A stretch of 63,626 bases of DNA, filler included, from Octopus bimaculoides (taxonomy: Eukaryota): assembly GCF_001194135.2 (NCBI RefSeq). It is 9 parts of 7 records of this genome, joined end to end, with 100 filler letters (N's around TTAATTAATTAA, not from the genome) between each part and the next. Parts side by side here need not be neighbours in the genome. Positions count along the whole stretch, not along the records: positions 23,448 to 26,799 come from NC_068981.1; positions 26,900 to 34,737 come from NC_068991.1; positions 34,838 to 43,176 come from NC_068984.1; 6 more parts are not named here. One strand, written 5' to 3'. Positions 24,450 to 35,941 of this stretch are shown piece by piece (the first letter of the stretch is position 1; each line of letters begins with the position of its first letter). Below the pieces are notes generated by a model. That model saw nothing but the letters and a program-made list of their open reading frames with translations, did not search any database and was not told the DNA's origin. The translations under genes and the position numbers were made by a program.

Positions 24450-25699
24450 GATGTAGTGTATTACAATTGCTTTTGTAAATGCATGATGAGCCAGTAGAAG
24501 AGTGCCATACTTACATGACCAATATAGTAGCTGGGGTCATGAAGTTTAAATCTTTCACAATCAATGGTCATTTGTAGCTTGTTTGTAGGTTTACATACTG
24601 GTTTGTTATTGAAACAGTTTTAAATTTAGTGCATATTATTAGTGCTTGATGTAAACTAATGATATACTAAAATAAAAAAAACTACAAGCATAAAAACCTC
24701 TGCATATGTTTACTAATAACCAATGTAATTTATAAATTTGATTGAAAATGTTTAAGTAGCAGACTTCACAACACTGACTGTTATATTGGCCAGACAAATA
24801 TGGCACTCTGTTGCTGACCTGCCATGCACTTAGAACTGAAGGTAATTACATTGCACTATACCACACAACAAAACCAAATAAGAAAACATAGTGGACAGTA
24901 TATCTATATTCTGTTAAAGGCCCCCGCTTCTCTTTGTCTTCATTTATTGAAATAAATGTGAGGGATTGAATGTTTCTGTCAAAACCCTGACTCCTATAAA
25001 GATATGCACTCTGCACTGCATAATTGATTATGCACTAATTAATTGTGCAGTGCTCTAACTACATACAGTAATGAGTTTTATTTATGTTACTTCTTTGCAT
25101 TGGATGAACTTGAGTATGTGACCATAAACCATTAGTATTTTGGCTTGTTTTATGGCTAGCTTTAGCCTGCTCACTTGATTTAAAGACCTGTAACACCCTT
25201 TTCGATAAATACATTGAAGAGAAATCATGGAATAAGCAAACTGTTTAACTAATAGCTCATAGTTCTTGAGCTCAATTCCACTGCATGCATCTTATTATAT
25301 AGTTGTTCATTTGTGTCTCAGAAAAGGTACCAATGTTTCACTTGAATTAGCTCCTAATTTTATCAAGATGGTATTTGGTTTACATCTCTGTTTTAACTCC
25401 ATGCAACCACAACTAAGCCATAGTCCCTTTAAAATCTCTTGAAACTTTAGACATATTTTATTTGCTGTTTTTGTATTAGTTTCTGTAAATGTAAATTTGT
25501 GTTTTAGAGTTTTTTGAAACAGAACTGTCATTTTAATGTGAAGACCATATTATTTATTAATAGAATATTCAGTTCATGTTAAAACTAATGTGAATAACTT
25601 TTTATAACTCTTTCTACTTTTTTTTTTTTTTTTTTTTTTTTTTCCTGAAATAAAAAAATACTTCTCTTGTCCCCCATCAACACTGATAATTGGGAAAAA

Positions 25700-25790
25700 A
25701 GTATCAAAACTCAGAAGTCATCAATGGCTCAATGGAACAATGCCATCTTCTGTGATGAATCATCATTCACCCTTTTTCCCAATTCATAAT
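25700..25790 (+). mobile_element. Tc1-like transposase scrap
   Basis: AQWNNAIFCDESSFTLF matches the Tc1 first-D motif WxxVIFSDESxFxLF. Confidence 0.6.
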
Positions 25791-26899
25791 GAATTTAGCA
25801 CAGATCTGTTTTGTCAGCGCTGGCCTTTGACTAAACACACAGCTTCCAGATGTTCAGATGCTCAAGGAATACTGCTTGAGAAAGACCAGCATCTTAGCTA
25901 GTGAATAAAAGAAATTATGTGCTTGATAGACTTGACACCAACTACTGTTATCATGCTCCATCTATACTGGAGTTAGGGGACATTGTTTCCAATGCAGTTT
26001 ACTCTAATCCTTTAGTATATTCTCCATTATAGTATTTACTCTGATAGGGAAAGCATACTGTTTTAGATTTTTATGTAAATACAGTTTTTATTCTCATACT
26101 TTTCACCAGATCGTTGGTTATTTGAGAGATAACTAACAGGGGGAATCAAAACAGTGTTGTTGACCCAGTTCATTTGATTAACCATTTAGTTATTGGGACA
26201 CCAGTAGAGACTTTATCTTCATGTAGTATATTTTGGTCAAGATAGCAGATATCGAGAGACCTAATTTACAAGTGTAAGATATCTTGTTAATTACCAAAGA
26301 AGAGTGGTGGATTGTCAAACTCATTATAGCATTGAACAGAATGTTCATATGATATTTCTTCTTGCTCTTTGTTATGAGTTCAAATCCCACCAACTTTGCT
26401 TTACATCTTTGTAGGAGCCAATGTAAAATAAAGTGTTCGTTAATTACTGAGGCCAATACAATCTACTAACCTCCTTCCCCAAAACTGCTAACCATGTGCC
26501 TAAATCAGAAACAATTACTTAGCAAAGATCTGCACTGCTTTCTTGATAATATTTTAAAATTTATTCCTAGCCTTCTAACAATTAGATCTCATATGTTGGG
26601 GAAAAAAGGATATGATGAAGATATTGGAAGTGAGAGGTTTAAACTGACCATGAGGTATAAACATTGCATAGATACTCTGGTTTAAAACCAAAACCAGGTG
26701 ATGCACATATTTCAGTAGAAACCAAGTTTGACACTAACTCTATTATATTCTCATATCAGTGACTTTAACAATCAGTTTTATACCAGGAGTTGACATAACN
26801 NNNNNNNNNNNNNNNNNNNNNNNNNNNNNNNNNNNNNNNNNNNTTAATTAATTAANNNNNNNNNNNNNNNNNNNNNNNNNNNNNNNNNNNNNNNNNNNN

Positions 26900-27215
26900 A
26901 GTCTGTTTACGTTTCTCTGTTACTGCTTCTTCTAGGCTCAATCTCTTTCAGTGCTGGAATATCGGAACATGTCGTAAAACACTTCCATTGGAGTATCCTT
27001 CCTTTCTTCTGTATTTCTGGTTTTTAATTGATTTAGGTGTCATTTATGCTCCCATCATTGGCCTTTTATTAAACACATCATGTTTCCAATTCTTTTTGGA
27101 AACATCCTGCCAACTCTCTTTACCGTTCTTGTATACTTTGTAACGGACTTTGTCTCTGACATCAAAATGTTTGGTTGAATTTTTCGTATTTCCTCTCTAC
27201 GTTTTTTTTCTATTA
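26900..27215 (-). mobile_element. Gypsy-type LTR retrotransposon pol C-terminal (post-integrase) fragment
   Basis: Frameshifted peptides HFDVRDKVRYKVYKNGKESW / KRIGNMMCLIKGQ*WEHK*HLNQLKTR resemble the GPY/F region ending RHxNQL. Confidence 0.65.
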
Positions 27216-27799
27216 ACAACAATTTGCCATAAACCACATGCTAACCAGCAGACATATTCCAGTGTCCTTAGAATGTGATATGCAGAAGCATAAAAAGGAA
27301 AAAGAAATGTAAAAAAAAAAGGGAAATTTAATGGGTGTTGGTTTGCCCTAAACAGATAACCATTTTGCGACACTCAGTGTTTTGGTATGTGTAACCAAAA
27401 AGACCCAAATTTTTTCTGTTGAGATACATCTACTGAAAGACAATCTCTATTATTCTTCAAAACCAACTATTCACAACATCTTTTCCATCAGGCCAATGGA
27501 CCGGCCCCGAAGTCCTTTCAATTTGTATCACTTGGGCTGATCAGTCAGCCTGTGTGTCCCAAGAGGGTTAAAAAAGAAAGCTAGAATTTAGAGTTTAACT
27601 GAAAAATGGTCAAGAAATTTCTAAACTATGTTAGTTTTCAACGAATACAGCTCACATGAATTAAAGCTAAATAAAGTAGAGAAAATATAGAAAAAATACA
27701 TTTGAAATTTAAAATTTCAGTATGTCAAAGAACACTGGTAGAGTTACAAAAGAGAGCTGTATAATAAGCATATATTTTACCCTAATCCTATTTTACTGC

Positions 27800-27960
27800 T
27801 GTCTCTGTAGGAATGTGGCCATGCTGTGACACCCCCAGAAGAGTTTAGCTAAATACATTGATCCCAGTATTTACCTTTAAATCTGATACTTATTCTATCA
27901 GTTTGTTTTGTTAAACAGCTAAGTTACACGTGTGTAAACAAACCAACACAAGAGAAAGTG
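27800..27960 (-). mobile_element. SINE B tail, CpG-decayed
   Basis: TACTTATTCTATCAG..AACAGCTAAGTTAC..GTAAACAAACC. Confidence 0.6.
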
Positions 27961-29023
27961 GACATTAAATGTGATAATGAGGAGGAAAAGGATGATGTCT
28001 GTGTTTGATGGTGCTGCTATCACACATGCACACACACACTAAAATTTCCTAAACAACATGCAAAAATGGTAAAATATTAACTCATTGGCATGCATTGGCT
28101 CACAGATGTTTCATTTCTATACCTGTCTTTATCTTCTATTACAACAACATCTGTTTTTCTAAACTATAGATCTACATATCCTCTCCATCCAAAAACACCT
28201 CTTCACATNNNNNNNNNNNNNNNNNNNNNNNNNNNNNNNNNNNNNNNNNNNNNNNNNNNNNNNNNNNNNNNNNNNNNNNNNNNNNNNNNNNNNNNNNNNN
28301 NNNNNNNNTATGTATATATGTGATGTGTAAAATTTGAATGAAACCCGCTGGGTAGTTCTCGACTTTTAGTGATGCACGCATACAGACAAACACACACACA
28401 TTCCCAGCATTATATATATGTGTGTGTGTGCATGTATATAATATATGTGGATGTATATAATATATATACCATTACGACTGCCAGAATTATAAAAAAATAC
28501 ATCACTATACCACCCATATGCCAATCATAATACTATAATGCCTACCACCACCACCACCACCATCACTATCAACCNNNNNNNNNNNNNNNNNNNNNNNNNN
28601 NNNNNNNNNNNNNNNNNNNNNNNNNNNNNNNNNNNNNNNNNNNNNNNNNNNNNNNNNNNNNNNNNNNNNNNNNNNNNNNNNNNNNNNNNNNNNNNNNNNN
28701 NNNNNNNNNNNNNNNNNNNNNNNNNNNNNNNNNNNNNNNNNNNNNNNNNNNNNNNNNNNNNNNNNNNNNNNNNNNNNNNNNNNNNNNNNNNNNNNNNNNN
28801 NNNNNNNNNNNNNNNNNNNNNNNNNNNNNNNNNNNNNNNNNNNNNNNNNNNNNNNNNNNNNNNNNNNNNNNNNNNNNNNNNNNNNNNNNNNNNNNNNNNN
28901 NNNNNNNNNNNNNNNNNNNNNNNNNNNNNNNNNNNNNNNNNNNNNNNNNNNNNNNNNNNNNNNNNNNNNNNNNNNNNNNNNNNNNNNNNNNNNNNNNNNN
29001 NNNNNNNNNNNNNNNNNNNNNNN

Positions 29024-29140
29024 TGGTTTCGGGTTCAGTCCCACCGCGTGGCACCTTGGGCAAGTGTCTTCTGCTATAGCCCCGAGCTGACCAAAGCTTT
29101 GTGATTGAATTTGGTAGGCGGAAGTTACTGCCGTGTGTGT
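29024..29140 (+). mobile_element. SINE B head/core next to gap
   Basis: GGGTTCAGTCCCACCGCGTGGCACCTTGGGCAAGTGTCTTCT. Confidence 0.8.
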
Positions 29141-29964
29141 ATATGTCTGTGCCTTTCTCCCAGAGAGTGAGAGAGGGATATATATATATATCATCATCAT
29201 CCTCATTGTTTAACGTATGTATGTATATGTTGTTGTATCTGGAGAGAGTCATTCTCTTTTAGTGCCTTCTTATTTACCACACACACTGGTAAAGTTCCCA
29301 TTCATTTATTTATTTATTTTTCTAAAATTTTTGTTGCATCTTGCAACCTTTTCAATAATTGTTGACTCTGTCCATTATCCGAACTGCGTTCTTTTTCTTT
29401 GCTTGTGCGCATATGTGTGGGTCAGTGCGTGTGTGCATACATATGGATGTATGTATGTATGTATGTATGTATGTATGCATGTATGTATGTATGTATGCAT
29501 GCATATATGTATGTATGTATGCATGCATGTATGTATGCATGTATGTATATATATATATATATATCTGCATATATTGTACATGCAGCACAAATGCATATAA
29601 CTTAGTCAATACACTAACGCGTACTCACTGCATTTGTCTGTGTATACAATACATCATAAACATAAGAGAGTGTATATATGTGTAAGTCTATATATATATA
29701 AACAAACTTTGAGTTAGTTTGCATATACATGTATATAGGTATAGATATATAGATATACAAACTTTAGATTAGTTTACATATGTTTGTGCCATATTCTGAA
29801 AACAGAATTACTATTTCTAGCCAGAGAATTTTATCTTGTGAAAATGTCTTATAGTAGCCAATGATTTCAGTTTTAGCTTCAGACAAATTCAAAAGCCATT
29901 GTGCACTATATTCATTGAGATGTAGGCATTCATTTCAAGGTGTTATATCAAATTATCAACCTTT

Positions 29965-30150
29965 TGTATATATAGTAGAGCAGACATCAATTCATAAACA
30001 AGGTTCAGAATTGTACAAAAAATAAAAAAAAATAAAAAAATACAGAGACAACAAACAATAGGGAACAACAGACTAGGTGTCTTAGTTTGACTTTCTGGAA
30101 AAATAGAAGAGGCTTTAACGTTTTGAGCCTATGCTCTTCTTCAGAAAAGT
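29965..30150 (-). mobile_element. Penelope-like element terminal-repeat remnant carrying a decayed minimal hammerhead
   Basis: Hammerhead-like motif at 30113-30149; PLE repeats are known to carry such motifs; no protein evidence. Confidence 0.55.
30113..30149 (-). ncRNA. Decayed minimal type I hammerhead ribozyme motif (probably inactive)
   Basis: CUUUU-CUGAAGA-A-GAGC(AUAG)GCUC-AAAA-C-GUU-AAAG: CUGANGA core, stem II, palindromic stem III and stem I present; GAAA reads AAAA. Confidence 0.6.
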
Positions 30151-30469
30151 ATGTCTGGATTTAGAGTTGCACATCACTCCAGTTTGATCCTGCTTGACTG
30201 AACTTCTTCCTCTCTTGAATTCTCATCTTGTTGAACCTTTGTCATCTCTCCTGAACCACTTTACCACCACTCCACCTGGATTACCATTGGAACTTTACAT
30301 TTCTTAGATTCTACCATCATGGATTTTACTGTACACTGCTGTTGATTTATTCATAAACATAATGCCTTGGACTTTGTCAATAGTTGAAAATGGATTGTCA
30401 TGAAATAACAGCTAGAAATAACAGCCTGAACAGTTGAATGAATCCACCCGGTACTCATTGTTTTAAAGC

Positions 30470-30590
30470 TTGATGCTTATTCTATCAGTGTCTTTTGCTA
30501 AACCGCTAAGTTACGGTAGCATAAACAAACTAACACCAGACCAGTTGTCAAGTGGTGGTGGAGGACAAATACATACAAAACAACACACAC
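30470..30590 (-). mobile_element. SINE B tail
   Basis: TACTTATTCTATCAG..TTTTGCTAAACCGCTAAGTTACGG. Confidence 0.7.
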
Positions 30591-30594
30591 ACAC

Positions 30595-30626
<32 letters not shown>

Positions 30627-30631
<5 letters not shown>

Positions 30632-30985
30632 TTAGATAAAACTTAGATATGTTTCGACCAAAGATTGGTCCAGGCTTTGTCTAACTTAATGGCACCACCT
30701 GATAGGATAATCTAAATCCTTTTTACAGTCAAGTTTGGTCTATGGTCCATTCAAGTAGTGAGTTCTTATTGAGTGAGTTGTATCCAGGTATGGGTGGCTT
30801 GTCTGGTATTCCTTGAAGAAATCTGTCTAGACTCCGTTTAAAGCTGATAGGATCCTTTTCTTCTTTTATCTGTTTCGGGCCAATGTTAAACAGGGCAGGG
30901 CCTGTTGAGGAAAAGAAATTATGCCGCAGTGTACCTATATGTCGTGATCCTGAATTGGGCAGGGGACATATGGCCCATGGTCCTA
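30627..30985 (-). mobile_element. CR1-like LINE 3' end with short tandem tail
   Basis: Peptide GTLRHNFFSSTGPALFNIGPKQIKEEKDPISFKRSLDRFLQGIPDKPPIPGY; ends GGACC(AATCTTT)GGTC stem-loop and (TATCTAAGTTT)x2. Confidence 0.8.
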
Positions 30986-30989
30986 GCTG

Positions 30990-31142
30990 ATGGGCTGCTT
31001 TCAGTTTCCATCTACCAAATCCATTGACAAGGCTTTGGTTGGCTTGAGGCTACAGTAGAGGACACTCACCCAAGTTGTCTCACAGTGAAACTGAACTCAG
31101 AACCATGTGGCTGGAAAGCAATTTTGTTACCATACAGTCATG
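30990..31142 (-). mobile_element. SINE B head/core, CpG-decayed
   Basis: Reverse complement of head; CCGTC>CCATC and GTCGGCCCG>GTTGGCTTG relative to other copies. Confidence 0.75.
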
Positions 31143-31366
31143 TCTATCTGGTGGGATTAGAAATTTGAATTTGAAATTAAGGAGTCATAAAGAAAAAGAT
31201 TTGTAGAATTCAATATATTTATTTTTTTTCTTATGAAATTCTTAAATCTTTTGTAGTTGTTGGTAATCTTGTACAGCACTATTTCATTCATTTTAGAAAT
31301 CAGAAGCATGATATAACCAGTAACAGATGGAAGGGAAGTAACTACTGTCTGGAAGTAATTAGTGAG

Positions 31367-31680
31367 GGTATATGGCTCAGTAGTTAGGGTATTCGGCTCA
31401 CAATCATAAGGTCATGAATTTGATCCCTGGCAGCATGCTGTGTCCTTCAGCAAGACATTATATTTCATGTTACTCCAATCCATTCAGCTAGAAGTACATC
31501 AATGAGTTGTACCTGTAATTCAAAGGGCCAGCCTTGGCTCTTGCTGAATTTCCCTGAGAACTATGTTAAAGATATGTATGTCTGTGGAGTGCTCAGCCAC
31601 TTGCATGTTAATTTCATGATCTGGCTGTTCAGTTGATCGGATCAGTTAGAACCCTTATCAACATAACTAATGGAGTGCCT
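31367..31680 (+). mobile_element. Chimeric SINE: D-type head + CORE-like block + C-type core, CpG-decayed
   Basis: TGGCTCAGTAGTTAGGG head, GTGTCCTTCAGCAAGACA, then GAGAACTATGTTAAAG..GGAGTGCTCAGCCACTTGCATGTTAATTTCATGA. Confidence 0.8.
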
Positions 31681-32929
31681 GTAGCAGTTACTGTCTGGAG
31701 GAAATTCATAGAATGTGTGTCTTTGTTTTTCCTCTTCCAGCATATAACATTAGCAGTTTAGGAATTAGGAATTAAGAGAGAAAATTCTTAGCGCTTACAT
31801 ACAAGATAATAACTGCTTCCAAGGAATTCCACTTTGGCAAACACCTGTCTTATAGCAACCAATAACTTTCAGTTTTAGCAACTAAGAAATTCACAAGATG
31901 GTAAAAGGGACCACCAGAAGAAGTACCAGACTTGAAAACCAAAATGGTCAGTTCGGTTAACTAAATTTGTTTTGGTAGTGCTCCAGCATGGCTGCAGTCA
32001 GTAGATAAAAGAAAGTTGATGTGTCTCTAGGAATTAAAACTTGCAGCATTGTATTTGCAAAATGGTAGGGATATGTGTGCATGTGTATAAACAAAGACAT
32101 ACACAACGTGTACACACAAACAGCAGAAAACATGGAATTTATAACACACACACACATAACACAAAACACATTTACACGTGTGTGCGTGTGTGTGTTGGTA
32201 TATTAGATGACTGTGATCTATTTGCTAGTGGTGGTAGCAGTGTTGATGCTGGTAGAAGTGGTGGTGTTGGTAGCGGTAAAGGTGATAGTGGCACTGGTAG
32301 TAGTAGTGGTTGTAGTAGTGGTGATGGTGATAGTAATAGTGGTGGTGGTGGTGGTGGTGGTGTTTGTGATGTGACGGTGGTAGTGGTGGCAATATGATGG
32401 TGGTGTTGGTACTGGTGGTAGTTGTGACTGTGATAGTAATTGTGGTGGTGGTAGTGGTGGTGGTGTTTGTAATATGATGGTGGTAGTGGTAGTGGTGTGT
32501 ACGTGCAATGGTTGATGACATTAACTACATCGCCACCAATTCACATTTCGTATGTCCATTTTCCCTACATTTTTTCCTTATGTTTTCTTTTTAATTTTTT
32601 ATTTTGCGTTATATCTCCTGTCAGGACAATTAATTCTATATAATTTAGTTTCCCAAGCTACAACTGGTGAGAAACTATAATGCAAAAGCTAAACAAACAA
32701 CAAGCTACAAAACATCTGTTGCATCTCCTGTCGTAGTTTGGGAACCAGATATCCTATTATCTTAAACTGACCTGCATCTGTGCAGCAAGACACAAATTAT
32801 CCATCACTGAACTCATTTCAAAGGCTGAAACAATGAAATGTCTCTAACAGAATGCTGCTTCACAAAATTTAGTTACCTGCTTTAAAAGCCACAGCTCAAA
32901 TCCAGCCAAATCAAAATTGTCTGAGTGTG

Positions 32930-33018
32930 ATCATTACCAACGTCGCTGTTGGGCTGGACGTATCACAAAGTTCACAGACAATGGGTGGACTCATGCAGTT
33001 GCCAAGCAGTACCCAAGA
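32930..33018 (+). mobile_element. RTE LINE ORF2 C-terminal scrap
   Basis: RRCWAGRITKFTDNGWTHAVAKQYPR resembles RWAGHxxRxxDxRWxxxxxxWxPR. Confidence 0.65.
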
Positions 33019-33104
33019 GCCATTAGCTTCAACCACGGCTTCCAGATGACTTCGGAATTTTCTGCAACTCTTTTGGATGATCTCCTTGTTTAAGTTGGTG
33101 AATG
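33019..33104 (-). mobile_element. maT-like transposase C-terminal scrap
   Basis: FTNLNKEIIQKSCRKFRSHLEAVVEANG resembles the RRxRxRLEAVIxxxG terminus of Tc1/mariner transposases. Confidence 0.75.
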
Positions 33105-33381
33105 AGCGAGATCGTTGCCAGTGCCCCTGGACTGGCTCTTGTGCGGGTGGCACATAAAAGACACCATTTCGAGCGTGGCCGTTTTCGTGCGGGTGACACG
33201 TAAAAGCACCCACTACACTCTCTGAGTGGTTGGCGTTAGGAAGGGCATCCAGCTGTAGAATCTCTGCCAAATTAGATTGGAGCCTGGTGTTGCCATCCGG
33301 TTTCACCAGTCCTCAGTCAAATCGTCCAACCCATGCTAGCATGGAAGGCGGACGTTAAACGATGATGATGATGATGATGAA
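33105..33381 (+). mobile_element. RTE-type 3' tail / RTE-partner SINE ending in (GAT)n
   Basis: GGCGTTAGGAAGGGCATCCAGCTGTA...ACCCATGCTAGCATGGAAGGCGGACGTTAAACGATGATGATG. Confidence 0.75.
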
Positions 33382-34364
33382 TGCTGCCATAATCCTTGCC
33401 TTCAGTTCATGTTTGATGTTAAAAGGAGTTTTGTTGGTCTCTTGCTCAACTGTGTCCCACACATAATAATCAAGTATGTATGTGTATGTATGCATGTATG
33501 TACGTTATGTTCAGTAGCTCAGGAACGAAATTTGCTTAGGGGGTGCAAACCCAGGTCCAAAATTTTTTACAAATTTGGTCTTGTTTTTTTTTTCTGTTAT
33601 TTATTTTTGTGATTTGTTCTTTGAGAAGGAACCTAACTTCAAGGTACTTTTTACACATCACTTTTTTATTCACGGTTTTGTAAACCTGAGTAAAATAAGT
33701 AGGGCTGCAAATTTTGGTTCTGCACTCCGCAAAAATTCTAGGGGGTGCACTTGCACCACCTGCACCCCCTGTTCCCGGGCCCATGGTTATGTTCATACGC
33801 ACATATTTATGCACAAGTATTTATTTCATACCTACTCTGCAATATCATTCTAAAAACAAACAAACAATCCCATCATTGAAACCTCAAAGCTGCAAGATAA
33901 TGCACGACTAATTCATATTAATGTGAATAAATAAGCCTCACATTTGACAAAATAATCTGAACGCTAAAAGGTTAAAGGCTTTCTGCAAAAGTTCTCTGTG
34001 TATTACACAGAACCACTGGGTGCTCTCTCACCTACAAACACAAACAATAGAAACCTCATAGCCAATGAAAGAGTCAGCTAGAGTCAATCAACTTGCTGAA
34101 GGATAAACTGTGGCAATATAGCATTTGGATGAAGCAGGAAGTACCAAACTATTAACTTTGTTAATAATATAACTCACCTATTTACTCATGGTATTTTGGT
34201 AAAAAAAAAAAAAAAAGGGCAATAATAATAATATTTCTACTTAAAATGTACTGAATGACCGGCAACAGTTTTTTAACCATTTTTACAAGAAAATTAAGAA
34301 AACAAAAAACAAAACAAAGCATAATTACGGATAGGCTGGTTAACCCACATCGCACCATCTTTTT

Positions 34365-34737
34365 ATTTATTCTCTTGTGGGAGAGATATGTAATAATATA
34401 CATATGGAAAATACTGGAAGGACTGGTGCCAAACTTTGGCATCAAGTACTACAGGAACGCCCGCACGGGTCGCCACTGCATGGTGCCAAAGGTACCGTCC
34501 ACTGCATCTCACATAAGAACGAGATACTGCAGCAGCCTCGGTTTCAGAGGACCTCAGCTCTTCAATGCCCTGCCAAAACATTTGAGAGACATGCAAGACA
34601 TGGATACGGAGGTCTTCAAGACAAAACTTGACACTTTCCTCTCCACGGTACCAGACGAACCAATGGCTCGTAATGAGACGCAGTTTAGGGCAGCTATGTC
34701 AAATTCTCTTATACACCAGATGTGCCATCAAAACTCT
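34365..34737 (+). mobile_element. CR1-like LINE ORF2 C-terminus, cut by gap
   Basis: Open frame ERYVIIYIWKILEGLVPNFGI...FRGPQLFNALPKHLRD...FKTKLDTFLSTVPDEP. Confidence 0.9.
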
Positions 34738-34889
34738 NNNNNNNNNNNNNNNNNNNNNNNNNNNNNNNNNNNNNNNNNNNNTTAATTAATTAANNNNNNN
34801 NNNNNNNNNNNNNNNNNNNNNNNNNNNNNNNNNNNNNAAGGAATACACACAATATCAAATATATAATGTAAAGTTAATAATAATGTATG

Positions 34890-34935
<46 letters not shown>

Positions 34936-35229
34936 CATACATACATACATACATACATACACACACATACACATCTACACTTGTCTCTCATACATTTCTC
35001 TCTGTCTTTCTCTATCGCTCTCTCTCTCTCTACACACACACACACGCACACACACATACACACAAACACACACACACGTTTATATGTATGTCTGTATATG
35101 CAAATGTTAGTGCAAGCGCGCATATGTATGTGAATGTAGCGTGACCGGGCTGCGCAAATCTGTTTTGTTATCACCTCCGCTTAACACAAGCCTTGAAATA
35201 AAATCGAATAACCGGAAGCTGTGCAACAG

Positions 35230-35390
35230 CCTGTCGATCTGATTGACCCAGCCATGTCACGCTGATTTTCCGAAACAGTTACATTAAGGACATACAACTC
35301 TCTGTGGTATACTCAGCCACTTGTAGACTAATTCAATAAACAGGTATTCCAGTTGATCGAACAACTTTATGTTCATTGTCGATATCAGCG
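35230..35390 (+). mobile_element. Old SINE C core remnant
   Basis: GTCACGCTGA..TACATTAAGG..CTGTGGTATACTCAGCCACTTG..GTTGATCG. Confidence 0.55.
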
Positions 35391-35848
35391 GAGGTCCATT
35401 TAGGCTTAACGCTTTATGTACGCCGGTGCGCTCGTGTGATATCCCTTGTGTTTGTTTAATATGCTTGCTATAAGGAACAAGAACCCTTTTGGAACTACAT
35501 CAAGATTTGAAAGAACAGTAAATTATATTAGGGAGAAAGATTTATGAATAACTCTGTTCAATAGAATTGGTAACTTATTTATATCTTTATTCATAATTCT
35601 GAGGCTCTCATGTACGTTATGTATATATATACACATATATACATACGCACGTATATACGCATATAAGTATATATGCATATATATGCATATATATGTGCGC
35701 ATACATCATACACACACACACACATATACATATATATATCACATATGCATATCTATATCTTCAGAATTAGTGCGATTATATCCTATATACATAAACATGC
35801 TTACATGTGTATAGTATACCTACACATCCATCCATCCATCCATCAATC

Positions 35849-35880
<32 letters not shown>

Positions 35881-35941
35881 CATATATATATATATAAGTC
35901 AGTAAATAGTGAGGTTGTGTTAACCGCACGTGGAGAAATAA

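Noticed and set aside
24500-24680. Minus-strand exon candidate ending ..YYIGH|GTAAGT, and 23770-23860 (GCANFMMGWFHPRKYWFNN*)
   Set aside because: Good donor, but all frames from the nearest acceptor contain stops and no homology is recognisable
33520-33786. GC-rich AGGGGGTGCA motifs resembling a hAT-type element end
   Set aside because: No clear paired TIR or 8-bp TSD
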